Source: Ignavibacteriota bacterium
GTDB taxonomy: Bacteria; Bacteroidota; Ignavibacteria; UBA10030
Assembly: GCA_963701295.1 (NCBI GenBank)
Contig: OY969585.1
Location: 2,464,001-2,528,000 of the forward strand
DNA length: 64,000 nucleotides
Direction: 5' to 3'
The number at the start of each line of letters is the position of its first letter. The stretch's first letter is position 1. Position numbers and translations under genes: made by a program. The notes beneath the pieces are model-generated. The model saw nothing but the letters and a program-made list of their open reading frames with translations. It did no database searches and was not told where the DNA came from. This document shows, one piece after another, positions 60,778 to 64,000 of the stretch.

Positions 60778-62244
60778 ATGAAAAAAAATACTTCATATGT
60801 TTGGATATTAATATCCCTCTTTATTCTTTTACCTTTGATAAAGCCTTATAATGCTTTTGCACAAACTGACATCCCCGCAGGAAATATCAACGGCATATGG
60901 ACGTTAGCAAACTCGCCATATCACATCAATGGTGAAGTCACGATTCCCGACAGTGAATCTCTAACGATTGAACCAGGTGTGAATGTCATTTTCACAGGCA
61001 GTTACAAATTCAATGTGCAGGGACGATTGCTGGCAGTTGGCACTCGACAGGACACAATTACATTCACGGCACAAGATACAGCAATCGGCTGGCATGGGAT
61101 TCGTTTTGTGAACACTCCTGCAACAAACGATACAAGTAAGATAATATACTGCAAGTTGCAGCATGGAAAAGCTACTGCAGGAAACTATTATGATCAAAGT
61201 GGTGGAGCAATTTGTTTCTGGACTGCTTCACCGATTTTGACAAATTGTACAATTTCGAATAATAATGGTACCACTGGAGGCGGAATAATATGTTGGACTA
61301 AAGCAAATCCAATCGTATCGAATAATATATTTGCAAATAACAGTGCCTGGGATGGAGGCGGCATTTATGTTGGTAACTCTTCAAATCCTCTTATCACGAA
61401 TAACATTATCGTTAACAATCATGCCTCTGATAATTGTGGAGGAATCCGCTGCTACTCAAATAGCAAACCAGTGATTATGAATAGCGTTATTGTTAAGAAC
61501 CAGTCCGCTTATGGAGGAGGTATTGATTGTCGTGATCATGCAGATCCAATTGTTATTAATACTATTATCTATTGGAATTCCGCTGATACGGGTAATCAAG
61601 TCCTTATCGAGACTATAGATTCAGATCCTTCGTTTCTCTATTGTGATATTGAAGGGGGCAAAAATGAGTTTATGGGTAGCGGTGCTGGAAATAACTACAC
61701 CGGTTCCTACGTAAACAATATCGAAAGTGATCCTTTGTTCGTAGATTCCGCTAAGAACGATTTTCATCTTACAGATCATTCGCCCTGTATAGGTGCAGGT
61801 GCTGACTCAGCTCAAGTATCTGGAAAGTGGTATTATGCACCTGTTCAAGATTTTGAAGGTGATCCAAGGCCCAATCCCGCAGGCTTTAATCCAGATATGG
61901 GAGCGTTCGAAAGTGTATTAGGCAATTCATCGACAGGCATAAATGGATTAACTCAACAGCTTCCAAATAGATTTCAACTATGCCAAAATTATCCGAATCC
62001 ATTTAACCCTGTGACAAACATTCAGTATTACCTGAGCAAACAAGCACGGATAACACTTAGTGTCTATGACATACTTGGCCGTGAAATATTGGTTTTAGTT
62101 AATACGGAAAAACCTGCGGGAATATATCAGGTGTCATTTGATGCAGGGAAACTGGCAAGCGGTTTTTATTTATATCGAATGCAAGCAGAATCAGAAAACG
62201 GTTACATTTTTAGCGACATAAAAAAACTGATTCTAATTAAATAA
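60778..62244 (+). CDS. Secreted right-handed beta-helix protein with T9SS-type CTD
   Basis: GGGI repeats, DPLFVD, SPCIGAG, DMGAFE, QNYPNPFNP. Confidence 0.9.
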   Translation: MKKNTSYVWILISLFILLPLIKPYNAFAQTDIPAGNINGIWTLANSPYHINGEVTIPDSESLTIEPGVNVIFTGSYKFNVQGRLLAVGTRQDTITFTAQDTAIGWHGIRFVNTPATNDTSKIIYCKLQHGKATAGNYYDQSGGAICFWTASPILTNCTISNNNGTTGGGIICWTKANPIVSNNIFANNSAWDGGGIYVGNSSNPLITNNIIVNNHASDNCGGIRCYSNSKPVIMNSVIVKNQSAYGGGIDCRDHADPIVINTIIYWNSADTGNQVLIETIDSDPSFLYCDIEGGKNEFMGSGAGNNYTGSYVNNIESDPLFVDSAKNDFHLTDHSPCIGAGADSAQVSGKWYYAPVQDFEGDPRPNPAGFNPDMGAFESVLGNSSTGINGLTQQLPNRFQLCQNYPNPFNPVTNIQYYLSKQARITLSVYDILGREILVLVNTEKPAGIYQVSFDAGKLASGFYLYRMQAESENGYIFSDIKKLILIK

Positions 62245-62271
62245 TCAAATCATTCAATAAAGGAGGTCGTT

Positions 62272-62925
62272 ATGAAAAACTTAATTGTATTTAATCTGGT
62301 TTTAATTCTGGGACTATTTATTTCCGGTTGTGATAAAAAAGGTCCGATTGAACCGGATAAGGCTCAGGGAAGTATTTCTGATCCAGCATTATCAACTGTG
62401 CCAGAATCAAGTGAAAAAGTTGAATACTCGAAAATTACAAAACTAAACTTTACCGGCACGGAAGATCTTGATGCCGTGAGCGATCCTTCTCGTCTCCTTG
62501 ATCCAGGTACTGTTGTCGTAAAAGGGGATAAAATTCACATTAGTGGTTTTACAGTTCTTGATGATTTGACAGTCACGGTTGAAGGTATGGGCACGATGGT
62601 CGGTAATACCAAAATTGTGATTAATGCTCTTTGGGATGCCCAAACATATTCCGGGCTTACATGGGGTTCTTTTGTGAAAATATTTGGCGGTAAAGAAGCC
62701 TGGAAGGGAACGTTCAGATCACATCGCGTGAAGATAAACGATTCAGAATGGATAGAATACCTCAATTTCACCGGTGACGGTGTGGGTGACAATGAGGGTA
62801 TGAAAATGATCGGTTCCAGTATACTCACCGCTGATATGCCTGTACCTTTACGTTTTTCCGGACCGATCAAGGGTGAAATTATTGTACCGCCTCACATAAA
62901 ATGCGTACATAATAATACGTTATGA
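62272..62925 (+). CDS. Hypothetical lipoprotein
   Basis: AGGAGG RBS, lipobox ISGC. Confidence 0.8.
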   Translation: MKNLIVFNLVLILGLFISGCDKKGPIEPDKAQGSISDPALSTVPESSEKVEYSKITKLNFTGTEDLDAVSDPSRLLDPGTVVVKGDKIHISGFTVLDDLTVTVEGMGTMVGNTKIVINALWDAQTYSGLTWGSFVKIFGGKEAWKGTFRSHRVKINDSEWIEYLNFTGDGVGDNEGMKMIGSSILTADMPVPLRFSGPIKGEIIVPPHIKCVHNNTL

Positions 62926-62947
62926 CGTATATTTCGCCCTTTTAGAA

Positions 62948-62986
62948 AAACAGAAATGCCTTCTATATCGGAAGGCATTTCTGTTT
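62948..62986. terminator. Bidirectional intrinsic terminator
   Basis: AAACAGAAATGCCTTC / GAAGGCATTTCTGTTT between convergent genes. Confidence 0.85.
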
Positions 62987-63004
62987 GTTGCCAATAGAAT
63001 TTGA

Positions 63005-63550
63005 TTAAGGTAATAATACTGCCACCGCAACCACAGAGGTCCATAAACCGTTCTTATCACCTTCTGCGGATTGAGTGACATTAAACGTGCGGACTATCTT
63101 ACCAGACATTTTAAAGATTTTTTCTCGTTCATCCCAGTTCGTGTTTGGATCGAATTGCACACCGAGTGTTGTCGCAAGCATCGAAGCTGCGAGGTCTTCA
63201 GCATATTCGCCAGCGCGTTCATCAGTTTCGCCGAAAGGATGGTGTTCGGAAAGATAGCCATAGACTGTATCGTCGGCTGGCTGCGCAACGCCAATCGATG
63301 ATGCAATGAGGCGATTAGGTTCATTGGTCGCATTTCGTGCCATCACACAAAATGTAATTTGCCCTGCGCTCAATTGTTTGATCCCTTCATCCTTCGGAAT
63401 GCGCTTGCAGCCCGGAGGATAAATACTCGAGACGGTTACAATGTTACATTTTTCGATGCCGGCATCTCTCAATGCAAGCTCGAACGATTGCAGGTAGTCT
63501 TTGTGACGGCCAACACCTTTCGTAAAAAATATTTTTGTGGGAGTAAACAA
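63005..63550 (-). CDS. Pyruvoyl-dependent arginine decarboxylase
   Basis: [25 protein letters not shown]. Confidence 0.92.
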   Translation of the reverse strand: MFTPTKIFFTKGVGRHKDYLQSFELALRDAGIEKCNIVTVSSIYPPGCKRIPKDEGIKQLSAGQITFCVMARNATNEPNRLIASSIGVAQPADDTVYGYLSEHHPFGETDERAGEYAEDLAASMLATTLGVQFDPNTNWDEREKIFKMSGKIVRTFNVTQSAEGDKNGLWTSVVAVAVLLP

Positions 63551-63579
63551 TTTATTGCCTCCAGCTTATTGATCATAAA

Positions 63580-64000
63580 TTAATGTTTAACTTTTAAAAA
63601 TCTTCGTTTACCAACTTTAAGAATAAATTCACTTTTATCCGGCAGAAATGCATTGGGATCAGTAACACGTTCACCATCAATACTCACGCCGCCCTGATCG
63701 ACTAAACGGCGCGCTTCGCCTTTTGAAGCGGCGAGCTTTGCTTCCGCCATCAATGCGGTAATAGTCATAGGAGTGCTTATCGTAAATTCTTCAATATCAT
63801 CCGGAATACTTTTCTCTACAAATATTCTATCGAATTCTTCTTCCGCGGCGGTTGCAGCTTCCTGTGAATGATACATCTGTACAAATGTTCGTGCAAGAGT
63901 ACGCTTAATATCTCGTGGATTGGTTTTCGGATTGTCCAATGACTTTTTAATTTCCAAAAGCTCTTTCTTTGAAACATCAGTTGCCAGTTCGAAATACTGA
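63580..64000 (-). CDS. tyrS: Tyrosine-tRNA ligase, C-terminal part (runs off window)
   Basis: NPRDIK..LA, S4 domain SKGEARRLV.QGGV, KVGKRRF. Confidence 0.92.
   Translation of the reverse strand, partial: QYFELATDVSKKELLEIKKSLDNPKTNPRDIKRTLARTFVQMYHSQEAATAAEEEFDRIFVEKSIPDDIEEFTISTPMTITALMAEAKLAASKGEARRLVDQGGVSIDGERVTDPNAFLPDKSEFILKVGKRRFLKVKH

Overview
AT-rich bacterial DNA, probably Ignavibacteriota or a related FCB-group lineage (inferred from T9SS-type 'QNYPNPFNP' C-termini and a TonB/PorV locus). Bases ~820-31580 are a large integron-type cassette array with 28 recognisable attC sites, unusually long and in two size classes (~154-160 and ~195-197 bp). It is preceded by an attI-like site built from tandem palindromes, but no intI gene is present in the window. 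The array holds two apparently identical IS110/IS1111 elements inserted at the same CCAG in attC sites. Their non-coding end contains readable bridge/seek-RNA guides for both the attC target and the IS circle junction. It also holds four gene-less hairpin cassettes, very large T9SS-cargo cassettes and candidate anti-phage cassettes. Most coding cassettes have their own 13-17 bp terminal inverted repeat. Further right are two paralogous tRNA-Arg genes (TCG and ACG), each preceded by the same promoter plus structured leader and associated with tyrosine-integrase remnants. A ~10 kb TonB/PorV cargo island is bounded by a duplicated 5' half of the tRNA. The rest is housekeeping genes (tadA, prfA, U32 peptidase, pdxB, dut, rsmI, arginine decarboxylase, tyrS) and a kinase/sigma54 module. 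All calls were made by eye; no searches or folding programs were run.
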